A stretch of DNA of 63,944 bases, the filler included, from Octopus bimaculoides (taxonomy: Eukaryota): assembly GCF_001194135.2 (NCBI RefSeq). It is 4 parts of 4 records of this genome, joined end to end, with 100 filler letters (N's around TTAATTAATTAA, not from the genome) between each part and the next. Parts side by side here need not be neighbours in the genome. Positions count along the whole stretch, not along the records: positions 61,938 to 63,944 come from NW_026349548.1; 3 more parts are not named here. One strand, given 5' to 3'. Within the stretch, counting starts at the first letter, position 1, and the number at the start of each line of letters is the position of its first letter. Below are positions 61,983 to 63,944 of this stretch, in pieces. Position numbers and translations under genes: made by a program. The notes below the pieces were generated by a model. That model made no database searches. It had not been told where the DNA came from and saw nothing but the letters and a program-made list of their open reading frames with translations.

Positions 61983-62259
61983 CACATTTAATAAGGAGGG
62001 ATTATCATGAGGGATTATACATTATTAAGAATGTATATATATGATTATATATTTGTATGAGTATGTGTGTGTATATATATGTATATATGTATGTATGTAT
62101 GTATGTGTATTGTGGCTAGGTGCTCACATTAATTTATATATATATGTGTGTATGTGTGTGTGTGTGTGTGTGTGTAACACAGTTAATAGGGAGGGATTAT
62201 CAATCCTAGCAAAATACTTCATATGCTATCTACTGGTAGACTAGGCTAACAATGGGGTC

Positions 62260-62619
62260 GCATCTCTCTCAGAACTTTCGTCAATATCGACATTTTTTCG
62301 GCCATCTTGGAAACATCTGAACCACTGGTACACTTGTCTGTGGCTCATACACTCCTCTCCATACACTTTCTGAAAATCTGTGTAGGCCTCTGAGCAGGTA
62401 TCACCACGACAACATTCTCTATCATGTTCAATGCGACGATCACACGCTACACACCTTCCTTTCAATCACTGCTGTAACCAGCAGATGTGAGCTAAGACAT
62501 TAAAGCTTAGTACGCATGCGCAGCATAGTTCAAGGTCAATCTTTGCCAAGCGGCTTTATTCTGCATGCTTTAGATTCATTACTAAAGCAAAAGTCCGGAT
62601 ACTTATTGATCAGGCCTCG
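62260..62619 (-). mobile_element. Mariner 5' fragment (TIR plus HTH-coding start)
   Basis: Minus strand TA|cgaggcctgatcaataagtatccggact. Translation TCSEAYTDFQKVYGEECMSHRQVYQWFRCFQDGRKNVDIDESSER. Confidence 0.85.
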
Positions 62620-63944
62620 TACACTGTAAGGGGAAGAGAGAAATACAGATATATATATATATATATATANNNNNNNNNNNNNNNNNNNNNNNNNNNNNNN
62701 NNNNNNNNNNNNNNNNNNNNNNNNNNNNNNNNNNNNNNNNNNNNNNNNNNNNNNNNNNNNNNNNNNNNNNNNNNNNNNNNNNNNNNNNNNNNNNNNNNNN
62801 NNNNNNNNNNNNNNNNNNNNNNNNNNNNNNNNNNNNNNNNNNNNNNNNNNNNNNNNNNNNNNNNNNNNNNNNNNNNNNNNNNNNNNNNNNNNNNNNNNNN
62901 NNNNNNNNNNNNNNNNNNNNNNNNNNNNNNNNNNNNNNNNNNNNNNNNNNNNNNNNNNNNNNNNNNNNNNNNNNNNNNNNNNNNNNNNNNNNNNNNNNNN
63001 NNNNNNNNNNNNNNNNNNNNNNNNNNNNNNNNNNNNNNNNNNNNNNNNNNNNNNNNNNNNNNNNNNNNNNNNNNNNNNNNNNNNNNNNNNNNNNNNNNNN
63101 NNNNNNNNNNNNNNNNNNNNNNNNNNNNNNNNNNNNNNNNNNNNNNNNNNNNNNNNNNNNNNNNNNNNNNNNNNNNNNNNNNNNNNNNNNNNNNNNNNNN
63201 NNNNNNNNNNNNNNNNNNNNNNNNNNNNNNNNNNNNNNNNNNNNNNNNNNNNNNNNNNNNNNNNNNNNNNNNNNNNNNNNNNNNNNNNNNNNNNNNNNNN
63301 NNNNNNNNNNNNNNNNNNNNNNNNNNNNNNNNNNNNNNNNNNNNNNNNNNNNNNNNNNNNNNNNNNNNNNNNNNNNNNNNNNNNNNNNNNNNNNNNNNNN
63401 NNNNNNNNNNNNNNNNNNNNNNNNNNNNNNNNNNNNNNNNNNNNNNNNNNNNNNNNNNNNNNNNNNNNNNNNNNNNNNNNNNNNNNNNNNNNNNNNNNNN
63501 NNNCAGACTACCATTGGTTTCAGTTGATAGCACACATTCGCACAGTTAAATATTAACGTACTCCTCTCGCTCTCTCTCTCTCTCAGACACATACATGTAT
63601 ATGTATATATGTCATTGTTCAGTTTTATTTCAAGTTTTCTTACCAATAGAGAAAGAACCGGTTTCTAACCTATATTCAAGACTCCTTCATTGGCAACAGA
63701 GTATTTTTGTCTGTATGTATGTAGGTATATGTGCAGGAGAAACGTAAAGGAGGTCTTTAGCTGAAGAATGCAGTGCACAGCCGGTCCGAGAAACGAAACT
63801 ACGATCTTGTCATCGAGATTGCGGTATTGTAAGCACTTGCCCATATATATACATACATACATACATACATACACGCACACACACGCACACATACAAATAT
63901 ATATATATATATACACACATACATACATACATACATACATACAT

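Larger units (their letters stand above)
1..63944. repeat. Dense di- and tetranucleotide microsatellites ((AT)n, (AC)n, (AG)n, (GATA)n, (ATGT)n) throughout; most N gaps abut them
   Basis: Directly visible at most gap edges, for example 961-980, 2161-2229, 3490-3523, 47975-48018. Confidence 0.98.

Noticed and set aside
834-63940. Most ORFs in the supplied track (poly-X, YIYI, CVCV, THTH, LSLS, ERER, IYLS)
   Set aside because: They are translations of N gaps and microsatellites, not genes.

Overview
This is AT-rich, repeat-dense eukaryotic DNA from a gapped draft animal assembly. The SINE families and microsatellite load point to a coleoid cephalopod, probably Octopus (inferred from recalled repeat families, not searched). 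Three artificial 44N-TTAATTAATTAA-44N spacers (24512-24611, 43765-43864, 61838-61937) divide the window into four joined pieces, so adjacency across them is unproven. The only confidently identified host coding sequence is one 192-nt internal exon of 5-oxoprolinase (OPLAH, minus strand, 40239-40430). Two unassigned candidate exons lie near the start: a signal-peptide-like exon (-, 3172-3258) and a phase 1-1 exon (+, 1701-1838). The rest is transposon relics and simple repeats: a full-length IR/DR Tc1 (DD34E), a maT/DD37D fragment, mariner remnants, a hAT/CGGBP1-like transposase pseudogene, non-autonomous Helitron-like elements, RTE and Tx1/L1 LINE relics, a Penelope element apparently split by nested insertions, and about 30 SINE copies in three families. 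There are no CRISPR arrays, rRNA genes or real tRNA genes, and almost all ORFs in the supplied track are microsatellite or N-gap artefacts. I found no clear-cut new biological system. The best leads are several Penelope-type minimal hammerhead-ribozyme-like motifs with atypical cores, a retroelement tail that may target (TATC)n repeats, a CpG-depleted 19-kb block carrying the orphan OPLAH exon, and the unassigned signal-peptide exon. Repeat boundaries are approximate and were read by eye.
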